A stretch of DNA of 64,000 nt from Thalia democratica (lineage: Eukaryota). Of the stretch, positions 38,621-51,507 are shown in pieces. Location of the stretch: assembly GCA_965202585.1 (NCBI GenBank), contig OZ241831.1, positions 48,732,001-48,796,000 of the forward strand, written 5' to 3'. The translations under genes were made by a program, and so were the position numbers. Numbering within the stretch: the stretch's first letter is position 1; each line of letters opens with the position of its first letter. The notes below the pieces were generated by a model. The model was not told the origin of the DNA and ran no database searches. It saw nothing but the letters and a program-made list of their open reading frames with translations.

Positions 38621-41600
38621 GTCTGTGTTAAGTCTTATTGAAGTGTTGAAGTGTTTCCCCTAATATTTGCTGAGTCAACAAAAAATATCATGATTTTTAT
38701 TTTTAGTTATTATAAATTTGCTTTTCGACTATTTTCCCGAAAGGCTTTTTCGTATTTCAAGTCCTTATACCAAACTTTTTGAGCGCTTTTTTATCGTTCA
38801 ATAAAACATTGAATACTAAATTAGTCATTCTTTAAACATTCTGTTAAGTATTAGAGGAGTACACGAACAAAAACAACCGTCAAGACTTAGTTAGGCCTTA
38901 GAAAAAAAAAACTATTTGGTGTTTAATAAGATATATGTTTTAACCATAATTATAAAGTATAGTATAAATAGGAACTGCAAACTAGGAATGTTTATAAATA
39001 AATTAGTAACTGTTTTTTATTAACAAACAATAAATATGATTCTGGCATTTTTTTAATATTTACCCTATATGTTTACGCTTTTTTGATTTATTTTTCAAAT
39101 TATTATGAAACAGACGGCATTTAGAACTGACTACAGTTTATTTTGCATAAATTTAACCTAGAATACGAGCCATACTAAAAATTTGAGCTAGTATACTTTA
39201 ATATCAGTCTAAGCTAATAAAATATGGTTCAGCAAAAAAAGAAGCTTCTTTTCATGTTATTTTCAATATCAATAATTTATTTATTTTTTGACAAATTTTT
39301 AATATGTTTGGGTAAGGTGGGTGAGAAATAAGGGAATAAATAATAAGGACGAACAAAAAAACTTTTTTTTTAATTTTGACTCAGCTTTTTTCAGTTTTTT
39401 TTTTCAGCCAAGACCTTTGAGTACACTTTCCAAAAGTTTGACTATTAGCATATAATCATCATAACAGATACAGTTTTTTTAACTAATAGTTAACTTAAAA
39501 ACTTTATTTTCCTTGAAATTAAATTTTTTAACTTAAAGTTAACTTGATTATAGCAGATATTTAGATAATTATGATTAAAACTTGGAAGCAACTGAGTGTA
39601 ATTTTTTAAAGTCGTTGTTTATTGTGTTAACAGTTTTTAAATTAATTCAATGTGGTATATTAAATTTTTAACAAAGAAACTTTGTTGAAAGCAATGAACT
39701 AAAAAAGTCTAAAAAAAATTTTCCTGTGGCAAAAAAAACGTTTTTCTAACAATGTCACAACAAAAACAGTTAATTTTTAATTATACATTTAAACTTTAAT
39801 GTGCATTAACAATATAACATGCAGCTGAACTTTATAGGCTCAATATATATAGTGCATAGAAAACATTTTTTAAACTTTTTGATGGTTAACTTAAATGTTT
39901 CGCAGATATGCAGATTGCTTTTATTTTAAGATTTTTGATGCGTTATACATATTTTCTAAAAATTTTCCCACGCACGCACAATTTCCAGAACTACATTTAG
40001 CTTCAAAACTAAATCTTCTCACATTACTTTTAATCATCTATACTAGTTAGCAACGATTTCGAATGCCGCATGTTAAACGATTTTCAATACATAGTAATTA
40101 TAAACAAAATATCTTTAAATAAAGCTGTTCTAATGTATTAGTTTTCTGTACAAATTTTTTTAGACTAGTTGCTACACGATCTAAGTGTAAGAGGTCACAA
40201 TATTTACCGCGGTTTGACTCATAAAAAACCTATGATCATGGTTTTGAGAATTAGACCCGTATTTCTGTGTCTACACGTTTGTGCTGAACAAACCTACTAC
40301 TAGGTAAACCAACTACAGTTTACATAAGATCAATAAAGACTAGCAAATTTTCAACGGAAGTAAATAAAATAAACCATCACTTAAGTTTTAAAATGATAAA
40401 CAAAGTGATAATTAGTTTAGTAACCTTAGGACACAAAGTAGCTGAACTTTGGCTTAAAATTTAGACAACTTTTATTATTTTTATGCAAAAAAACTAGCTA
40501 TTTAAAAAAATTTAATTCCTGTAACTGTTTTGTTTTAATTACTAAGGGAATTTATTTTAATAATTGACAAAACTAGATATGATTTTAATATTTCTAGATT
40601 AAAAGTTTTAATTAAACAGCATAGCACTATTTATTACTTTTTTTAATTCCACTTTTGTTTAGCAATATGACAACTAAAAAAACATAGTAACAATTTCAAA
40701 AACTATTTACAGAACAGATTATAGGTTTTAATATAATTTGAAAATCATTAAATTTTAAAACCTTTAATATTAAAAAAGTACAAATGTCGCCGAACTATTT
40801 ACATTATTAAGACACTGGTAATGCTAAGGCTTATTTAAATTTAAATAAATATCAAAACTGCTGATTTTTACCTGTAATAAAACTTAATAAAAATATATTT
40901 TTATAGAAATAACTATAAAAATTTTTATGAAATAATGACCTAAGTAGATACTACAGCAGTTGTAACATATGTTTAACGACATTAAATAGCACATATTTAC
41001 AAACCAAATGCAGTTTTAATGTGCCTAAAGTGCTTCATTTTATGCCTTAATGTAAAAGTTGTTTGAAAACATACAAATAATTTAGTAAAATGTTTTCAAA
41101 ACTACTGCTTTACATGTAAGTCTGTCAAAAAATATTTACTTTATCGCTCTATCGCAAAATAATGTGTAAATTTGTAAATATAAAATTGCAATTACAACAA
41201 AAGTCTCTACACACGTAGTAATGAAAGAATAAAGGATTTTGTTTATAAAAAACAAACTATTATTTAATAAAAGAGTACAAAAATAAACACTTATTTAAGT
41301 ATATGAGGAATTTAAGTCTATAATAATATATAGTCTGTTTTGGTCAGAAAATAATAAAAATGTATTATAAGAAAAAGAAAGAAACCGAAACAATTTTTTG
41401 TATAAAAACTAAATTATTATGTTTTTAAATAAGAACGTTTATAAGTAAAAGTAGTATGTAACAAAATTTTAAATTAACAAATTTCAGTGTTAGTAACTTT
41501 ATTACATAAAAAACCTGTAACAAACATACATTTTCTAGAAAAAATGTAAAAATGTTTAAGTAAAACAAGTAGCAAAAAGACAAGAAAAAAAATTGACTAA

Positions 41601-43378
41601 AAAATTACTTTAAATAAGTTATTTACTTTATTTGAGAAAGTGCTCAAGCATCATGCTTAGCATTTTCAATTCAGCTTTGTTGATTTTTGATTATCAAACA
41701 AGTTTTTATTCTGCTTTAACGTACTCAGTACTTTTATTGTAAGAAAGTTTGTTTAGTTCGATAGCTCTTTTGTATTAACAAAGGAGAATGCAAAGTACTG
41801 ATGTATTATACTTATGAAAATTTTAGGTAAAAATAAGCTTAGTCAATTCAGTACTTGATAAAAAATTAAGGAAATCATATAGCTATAACTTTTAGAAGTG
41901 CTATGTAGTTGTTTAAGTTATCGTATTTTTTCAGACTTTTTTCTAAACAATAAAGTTTAATTTTTAAACAACGCCTTGTTTAGTTTAATGCATAAGGAAT
42001 GGACTACAAAACTTTATTCAACTTAAAATTGTTTTTGAAAAGTTTTATGTTTTAAGTCAAAAAAAAAATCATAGTTTTTTGTATATTAGTTTATTCAAAA
42101 TAGTTTAAGTTTATTTGGATATTTAAAATGACAATTTATGTAAGATATTATGAGTAAAGTTTTACGAAAATTAAAACTAGTCGTCATTCAACTTATAACA
42201 AAAAGTTAATTTTGTGTCTTCTGCAGAAGTTTTTCTTGTAAAAGAATGATATCTTTTGCAAAACTTTGATTTCACGATAAAAAAAGTTTAAGTAGTGTTT
42301 TGTTTTATATAATATAATAAATGTCTAGTTTTTTAATTGATAATCCTTCATATAACCAAGCTGCACCATATAAATCTATTATCAAACAAAAAAACTAAAC
42401 TTCAAAACATTTTGTTCGAATATAGTAGAAATAGTTTAAAAATATACAAACAGTCTTTTATCAAAATCGTTTAAGTTTTTTATATTAAACAATTACATAA
42501 ATTATTTCTGTAATTATTTATTTTATATTGTAGCTCCAAAATAAAAACAAATATATATTGTTTAAATAAATTGTGAACTAGTTTCTATTTGGTTTCAGTA
42601 AGTACCAAAATAATCATTCAAATATTTTCAGAAACTGAAAAACCACAATAAGTCAGTAACTTGTTAAATATAAAGTTCTTTTCTTATCGTAAGCAGTTAT
42701 CTTTAAAAATAATAACATTTTTTTACTATTTTTTTTGGAGTTTTTTATGAAAAAAAAAATATTTAAGCTTAGCAAATAAAAATATATAAAAAAGGATTTT
42801 AGCATTATTAGAGAAAATTAAAGTAAGTAGTTTCATACTTAAAGTTTCTGAATTAATGAACTAGAACCTATAAAGAAGTTAAAAAAAAAATAAACATAAG
42901 AACAAAACATTACTACAATAAACTGTGGTTAAAAATTCAAAAAAAAAAGTCTAAGAAACTGTATTTTATTTTTTTTACTCTTTTAACTTGTTTTTTATTC
43001 AATATTAAAAAAAAAGTGCTCATAATTTAATACTTAAAAACATAAAGTTAAAGCTGAAACTTTTTTCAACTTATACTGTTGGTAAAAGTTACATAAAAAA
43101 TTTCCTTTAATTAAACAAAGCATGTAAATATGTAAGCAAACTTTGCTAACAAAAAGAAATGTTTAATATATGATTTAATATTCTTTTGTGTATTTTAGAG
43201 AGAAAACTTTTACTGAGAAAGTAGTTATTCGTTTTAAATATTAGATCGTTTCTGACATCGCTCTTTCAGTTCTTAAAGTTGAAGCTAAGTAACTGTGTTT
43301 GTAATAGTTTTAAAGAAGATTTTTTGTACTTTTTTGTTCAGGACTTAGTTATTACAACATTTTTAACAAACAGAATAA

Positions 43379-46300
43379 ATGAGTAAATCAATAATACTTT
43401 TACTCCTTCTGACCGGATTTATTACGTTGTCTTCCTCAAGAGGTGGACGGGGAGGCTCTAGAGGAGGAGGAAGTAGCAGAGGGAGGTCTCACTACAGGGG
43501 AAGCTCACACAATAACCACGGTAACAGCAATAACCATGGTAACAGCTATAGCGGGGGTATGAAATAATTTATTTTGTGTTATAGGTTTAAATATAATGAA
43601 TATTTTCTATTTCAAACAACAATACAGATAGTAACAACGATACAGAAGTAAATACGGAGGTTAAACTCTTGAAGTTTTTAGTTAGACTAATTTTATACAA
43701 TTTGAATGAAATCAAAGTTTTCAGTTGAAGTTTTTTAGTAAAATACCTTTATAATAGTTTTAATGAGACTTTTTTTAATAATTTTCAACATTAATTTCTA
43801 GTTTGTCATCATAGACATTTAGTACATTACATGTCAAAAGTTGGTAAAGTTTATTTAAATAATACAAAACAACTATTTTGTACTCAAACACCTTATTGAC
43901 TTATGACGTTTTTCTACATGAATAATGTCTATTTGAATAAGACTTTGTACACAAGTTTAAAGTCAATAAAGTAAAAAAAAAACATATTTTTAATTTTCCA
44001 ATGAGCTCTGTTTGCTTGGATCTCAAGGATTAAACGCTTTATTACGGTATATAATACTAAACATTATAAAAGCTATTTTGTTTAAAACAAAACTTAGAAA
44101 CTTAATTTTGTGACTTATTTTATTTTGATGATGATAAAAACAAAGTTGAAAATGTATTAACAGTATTGTTAAGTAATAATTTTTTTTGACTTATATTCTT
44201 TTATTGAAAATTTTGATTAAACTAATAGCTTGTTTTTATAATACAATATTTAATTACATATTAAGTATTACCAAGTGTTTTTAAAAACTTACTGTTAAAT
44301 GTGTTATATAACTACAAAACTATTTTATTTTTAAGAACATGGAAATTCGTACAAACCTTACAAAAACAACTATGACAAAGCTTCTTCTTTACTAAAGAAC
44401 AATAAAAAGTGAGCTCTTATTAAATAAACAAGTTCAAAGTGTAAAAAGACAAAAAATGCAAAACAAGTTTTTATATTTATTTAAAACATTAACCAAAATA
44501 TCTTTACTTAAAAAATCTACAAACATAACATTTTCATTTATAACCAAAAATTTTTATTCACCTTAGCTTTGTACATTGATATCAGCTATTTTGCTTAGTA
44601 TCTTTATGTTTTTTTAGAGGAATATCTTATCTTTGTATAAATATATACTCGTAATTAATATAACTGGCACATTACTAAGTTTTACTATACGTTTTTTAAA
44701 GCTGTTAGTTTTTTAAGCACCTCAATATACTTTAAAAGTTGACTCCGTACAAACCAGCTGTTTGAGTCACAAGCTACTTAATCTTAATACGATAATTATA
44801 CTCATATGACTGAAAGTAACACTTTAATGTGTTAAAAACTTAAACTTTAATGTTTAATATTTACAAATATCTCTATAATATACTGTATTAGTTCAGAGCA
44901 TCAAAATTCATAGACATGTTTGAATAACCCTTTGAAGTTTTTGCTTTACTAATATCAGTACTGAATGATAATTTTAACGGTGCAATACATAGTTTTTTTT
45001 TACAAAAAACACTAGATAAACTTATTTAATAAAACAAACTATTGCGACCATGAGCGTTTAGATCAGGGTTTCCCAAGTATTTTTTTATAAGGCCCAATTT
45101 AAAGAAATTAAAAAGCTATGACCTACTCCGACAATAAACTAACACTATTTAAATACGCCTGAATCCTTTTTTTTCATCATCAACTCCAGAAGATCTATTG
45201 TAAATTTAAATTGTGGCTTTGTAGCTCCCCTTTTTACAGCTTATGGCCCCTGAATTTATGAAACTCTTCTATAATATCTAGTGTAATTTTTAAAACTACC
45301 CTTATTAACCCCTAAGACTTTTTTTGCCCTTCGCCATCAGTTCCAGAATATATAGTGTAAGTTTCAAATTATGACCTAATGACCCCCTGTTGCCCCTTTG
45401 CTGCTCATGGCTCCCTAAATATCTGTAATCGCACTTTTTTGGAAACTCTTGTCTAAATTATTTTTTGCTTGTTACTTTTACCTACTTATATAATTTTTGT
45501 ATAATTTCTTTTAAACTATTAAAACGCTAAGTAAAAAACTGAATTGAAAATCTTAATATAATATTAGTTTTCAGTTAGAAAATGTGTACATTATACCAAT
45601 AATAACACTTAACAAATTGTAAATTTTATTTAAATAATTGATTTATTGTAATTAATGATCTCATTAATCTAATTTATTAATTGAGTGATAAAAAATTTAA
45701 AAATATTATAAGCTTTTATTTTATTAACATATAGCATATCTGTGTTGTAGATAGAAAAAAATTTTTTTGTTTGCAAAAGAAATCTGATTCTAGGGTTTTT
45801 TTTATTTATCTAATGCCTTTTTTTGAAGTGTATAAGTTTTTGTTTTATAAATTTTAACCATAATTTGATTTTGTGCAGTTAACTTTAAATTATTAACATT
45901 TGTTTATTATTATTACTTCTATTTTTACATAAATTCAAGTTGTACTTTGAAGTGTTAAGCTTTTGTTTTATAGATTTTAACCATAATTTTATTGTGTGTT
46001 GTTAACTTTGTTTTATTAACATTTGTTTATTATTATTACTTCTGTTACTATATAAATTCAACTTTATCTTTTATTGCTATTTATCCACTGACGACAATAG
46101 CTTGAAATATATCTGGTTTATTGCGTTGAGTGTCTCTATTTTATATACTGTTTGAAAATAAGTTGAAAGAAGCATTTTTTATAAGTAAATTCTTGCATCA
46201 AAAAAATTATAAACTATACATATAAATTAAAATTCACCACTTTTTTAGTATTGAAATACTTGTCGTATACTTATTTCTATTTTACATTTACAGCAAAATT

Positions 46301-47316
46301 TAGTTTTAACGCTTTTTGATTTATTGTAACTTACTTAAAAGTGTAACTAAAATCTATATAACATGCGTAATATAACATGCATTGCATATACTTAAAATAA
46401 TTTTCATTCACAGTACAGTTAAAAAAGCCTTGATAGCCGTGGCTGGCTACAAGTTATTGAAAAAAAGCACAAAAATCTTCAGTTATCCAAATAACGACTA
46501 TTACATGTTAGTTTCGTTACAGTACTAAAAATAAAAATAAAAATTTATTATTTAACTTTTTGGCACATTTCGCATTTAATCTATATTTTTTATTTAATAT
46601 AGTCTAACTAATTTTTAAGAGTTTTGTCTTTGATATTTTTTATTTCTTATAGATAATAAATTTTGAAAAAGCAAACTTAAAAACAATGTTTTCATATATT
46701 GGAGTTTTTTTACATATTAATTAAACTGCAAGGTACATTCCTGCGTATTCAATGAGTAAAAATTTCAACATTAATAACAACAAACCATACACGCAATTTG
46801 TTCTTCCCTTAGAGGATATGTACCTAAACTGTCTTGTTGTACCGAAAAACAATGAACTTTATAACGTTTGGTACGAAAGTCACTACACCAGAGACAGTGA
46901 GTTTTGTTTTTATGGAATGGAAAAAAAAAAGAATTTTAAAATTTTTAATCATAAAAGCATGGTTTTTTCACTCTCTTATCTTATTAAGCTTAAAACCTGA
47001 GTGTTATTCGGTAAAAAAATGTAACGCCAATTTTTAAACTTTAGGAGAATGTTCAAAGATATTCAAAAACCGTGTCAAATTGCAATCAAAATTTTACCCG
47101 CCATCCCACTATAACAATACAATTGTCAGTACAAACAATACAATTGTCAGTAGTTCAGTGAACAATACCGATGTCTATAGTACTGCAAACAAGGACACTA
47201 CTCTTTGCTGCATACCAAATGCTAGTAAATTACCTACTACTGATGGTGTAATGATTAGATACTCGTTATTTACTGCGTTATTTTGTATGTTAACTGCTTT
47301 TACATGGGTATTTTAA
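43379..47316 (+). CDS. Secreted, RGG/His-Gly-Asn-rich, putatively GPI-anchored protein, paralogue A (228 aa); exons 43379-43556, 44336-44408, 46733-46896, 47045-47316
   Basis: GT-AG introns with phases 1, 2, 1 give one ORF. It has an N-terminal hydrophobic signal, RGGRGGSRGG, HGNS x3, a Cys-containing core, 4 N-glycosylation sequons and a terminal hydrophobic tail. Exon-by-exon homologous to paralogue B. Confidence 0.8.
45062..45430. mobile_element. Degenerate CAGGG-initiated MITE-like repeat
   Basis: Starts CAGGGTTTCCCAA with GC-rich (G/A)CCCC repeats. The right end and TSD were not resolved. Confidence 0.35.
45853..46060. repeat. ~123-bp direct duplication in paralogue A intron
   Basis: TTTTAACCATAATTT...TTATTAACATTTGTTTATTATTATTACTTCT...ATAAATTCAA occurs twice. 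Confidence 0.8.
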
Positions 47317-50300
47317 ACGTATTTAAATGGTTGTAGTTTTTGTAATTTTTTGTGACTTAAGCAAATAGGTTTAGATAAGTAGTACATTAAACGCATACAT
47401 GAATACCCATATTATTATATTTTATTAGTAATAATATTTTTAGGTCTTCTTAATTTTTTTTACAAGATTAAAAAACTTTGTTTATACTTTTGCGAATAAC
47501 TTGTTTTTTTTTTCATTGAGTATATATATTAAACTGTAAAAAATAAATGTTCAGTAATACATATTCCATTGTAAACATTGAAATAAAACAAAAAGATAAC
47601 AAACTTCTTTAAATCTAATAGAACTAATATTATTTAACTACTTATAGATAAAATATTATTTCATGTACTTTCTTTAAACACTAGTTAAATATATTAAACT
47701 CGATAGTTTCAAGTACTACAGCTTTAATGTTTCGTAACAACTTCTATATATAAACTATTACCAATACTGCATTTTCAATGCTTTAGTAAGGCTAAGTTAT
47801 ACTTAATAGAATCTGTATCGTTTTAAAGTAAAATAAAATTTTGCAACAAAATCAGCTTAAATGTCGTTAAAACTGTAGTTCTAACGAATAAAAAGATTTT
47901 TGTTTCAATGACTGAAATAACTACCGGTGTTTAAGAAACTTAATAATTTATTTGTACCAAATAAAAACTAGAACAAGTCTTATGCAGGCCGGACTTGTTA
48001 TAAAACGATTTGCAGGCTGCTGTAATTTCAAAAACTTATGTAAAAAATTTTACAAGCTCAAAAGCAAAACTGCAACTAGATAATAATTTAATTACATTGC
48101 TGTGTACAGAAAAAATAATTAAGAGCACATACAACATTTATCAAATATTAGTTATAAAAAAGTAAAGTTAAAGTTACGTCTTGGTTAGCCGATGCAGTAA
48201 ACCGTTGTCAAAATTACATTTTAAAATATTGTATTCAAACTTGCCTGATGACATATTTTTATTGCAGTATGTATGTTTCCGTTTATTAACTAGAAATTAG
48301 AAGTTGCTCAAATTTACAACATTCATAACATTTTGATACGAGATTGTTATAGTTTATTGAAGGACAAAACAATAACGCTCAAAATAATTGGTCCTAATGC
48401 ACGAGAGCCTTTAGGTTATTAAGTCGTACACCACGGATACCTTTTAACGTCTTGTCTAGGACACATATTTGCATATAAAGCATATTATATCACATACAAG
48501 CTGTATAACACATATTAGATAACACATATTATCATATAAAACAAAATTAATCTTTCTTAAATTTAAATGAAATATATACAAATCAAACACATACTTGAGT
48601 TATGCTTATAAATTTTAGTTTTTAACAAAACAATAAAGTTTTTATGACTTAAAAGGAAGACTTATTATCAGTTTAAGGCTTTAAAAGAAGTTAATATTGT
48701 TTATTTTTTATCAAAAGTCTAAGTATATCGTACATAAAAAGGACGAGTTAAAAAGCTTTGCAGTTTTTTTTAACTTTTTAAAACCTGTGTACTGTTTTTT
48801 GCATATTGAAAATATTTTTTTAAAGTAGCATGAAGTAATTGTGTAAGTAATTTTATTGATTGAATCACATACTTCATAACATATGTCATACTATAATCAA
48901 GAAAAACATCGGCAAAAGTCTGCAGAGCAGAAACCTGGACTTTTGTGTGCCGTAAGACAAGCTCAAGTTTAACAAAAGGGTTTGAACCTATTCGATCATC
49001 AGGCCACAAGCCTTCGGTAGACTTCGGAAACCGGTCTCAGTCTAACGAAGGCTTATGGTCTGATGATCAAATTGGTATGATCAACTCTTTTGTTAAAATT
49101 TATACTATAAATTAAGAAAGCCTTTAAAAAATGTTAATACAAGAATTCAAAAAATATACTAACTTCTTTGATAACATACGAGTTTACCTAAACACATAAA
49201 AAAAAAAAATTTTAAGTAAATTAATAAACAAAAAACTAAAAATATTTTGTTCAACAAACTAAGTATGAACACAATTTTTAGTGTTTATGCGACAAACGTT
49301 CATAGCTAAATCAACAAGAAATTGTTGTATAATAGTTAAGAATTTTTTTTAAATAATATTAAACCACTTAAGTAAACTTTTGATATAAAAAAATGACTGA
49401 AACGTTGCAAGTTTATATTGATATATTATTATATTGTATAAATTATAAATATACAATAAAAATTGTTTCAGGCATTAAACTTTGAAGTGTAAATTTAAAT
49501 TTAGTAGTAAGTTAATTTTTTAAAACGAAAAAATTTAAACTATGTATAAATATTATAAAGAAATGAAGAAAAATAAAACGTATGAAGTATACTTAATACC
49601 AATAGCTTCTTCTTTTATAAGAAAAAAAATGTTATGCGTGCTGAAACAGTTTATATTTTATTTCATATTTTTCTTAGATTTTTATTAATATGTTTGCTTG
49701 TAACAAATGACCTTTTAGGCTTGTTATATATGTACTTTCAAATTACAACCTTACCAAAAACCTACAAGCTTAAACAGAATTTTTTTTTTTTATTAATTTT
49801 ACTAAAACATTTGTATTAAATAAGTGAATATTTTAAGTTATGGTAGAGGCATAGTGAAGAAAGTTTTTCTTTAGAGAGACAAGCATAAAACTTTTGTTTT
49901 AACTTTTTTTTTCGTCTGAACACGTGTTTTACCGCAGGGCACTAAAGAATTGACAGTTGTAATGTGTATTGTTGTATATACTTAAAAGTGTATTATATTT
50001 TACAAGATAAATATGTTTATTTTGTAAGTTTTAAATTTTATAAAAGTTACCAGCGTGAAGACGAGAAAAAAATATTTTTAACTAAAAAATTTGTATTTAG
50101 AAAAAAATAAGTTAATTTTAATTAAAAGTTTTGTTTTTAGAGAAAAAGTTATTTTCAACTAAAAGATTTGTATTTAAAAAAATGTAAGTTTTTAAGTATA
50201 AATAGAAGTAGAAATAATTAAATTTGTTCAAAGATGCAGGTGTTAGCTATTTTTTTAATAAGATACTGGTTTGATAAATTTTAACTCACTATTTAATTTT

Positions 50301-51507
50301 TTTATAGGACAAAAAGAATAAATTTTGAAATTATATTGAAAAGATTAAGTCATTTCAAAAAATTAATGTTTTATTTGTAGTAAGTAATAATTTAAATTTT
50401 TAAACTTAGATAGCTTACGTCAAAAAGTATTTTCTTATCGATTAGTTAAAAGTTAACAATTTTATAAGAAAAATTGTTTGAGTCTATAACTCCTAAAAAA
50501 GACTTATACTAATTTTAAAAACAATCGATATACTAGTTGTTTTTTAGTTATGTCTTTTTGTTATAATTAATTGTTTTTAATTATTATCTTGCTAAAGGTA
50601 TGTTCTACTAAAATATAAAACTATGCAAATAAATACTTAATATTTAATCAATATTTGCTAATAGTTTAATTGTACATATTAGATAGTATTTATTTATTTA
50701 TTTTTTTATGACTTTTAAAGATACCAATTACAACAATACTTACAAAACTTTGACGTTTTGTTTGAATATCAAAAAAAAAAGAAGAATTTAGTTTTGAATA
50801 AGTAGATTAAAAATACAAGTTGTCAAACGAGTAGAATACGTGTAAGAATGTAAATAACTTATTGCGTTTTTTGGATTTAAACAATCAAATAAATAGAAAG
50901 AATAAATATTGTGAATTTTTACCTTTTAATTCTAAATAAGTTAGTATGTTAAAATAACTATTTTGTATCATTGTGCGTTAAAATGTGGAAAAACTTTAAA
51001 AAGTTTAAAAGGATATATCTTAATCTTTTTAACAAATTGTTATCAGTTTAAACTTTATAAGTATTATAAAATTGTACAGTTTATTTAATACTAATATTTA
51101 AATAGGAAACAATAAAAAATATTAAAATTGTTCACATAACTTGTAAAGTAGCAATTTTGTTTTTAACAGTATGTATGAAAGTGATGTTTTTGTCATTTAA
51201 TAGAAAAAGTATAAAAAAAATTATAAAACTTACACATCTAGGAATATCAAAAAATAGCTTTTTGATTAAAAAATAGTTTGATATATTCTCAATTAAAAGT
51301 GTTAGTAAATATAATAATAGTGGATAAACAGGCTTCACTTTAAAGTTGTAGTCTACGCGTTCAAAAAATTTAATATGTTTTAAAGTACCAAAAAAAAAAT
51401 TATAATAAGTAAATCAGCAAATCTGAGTATCATGCAACAAACTTACAAACTATTACATTAAACTCAAAGCTTTCAGGTGCTCTTGAAAACCAAGATCCAT
51501 CAGAACA

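Noticed and set aside
43628-43659. Extra small exon in paralogue A (DSNNDTEVNTE)
   Set aside because: No phase-1 donor is available, so inclusion would shift the frame. It may be a decayed cassette.
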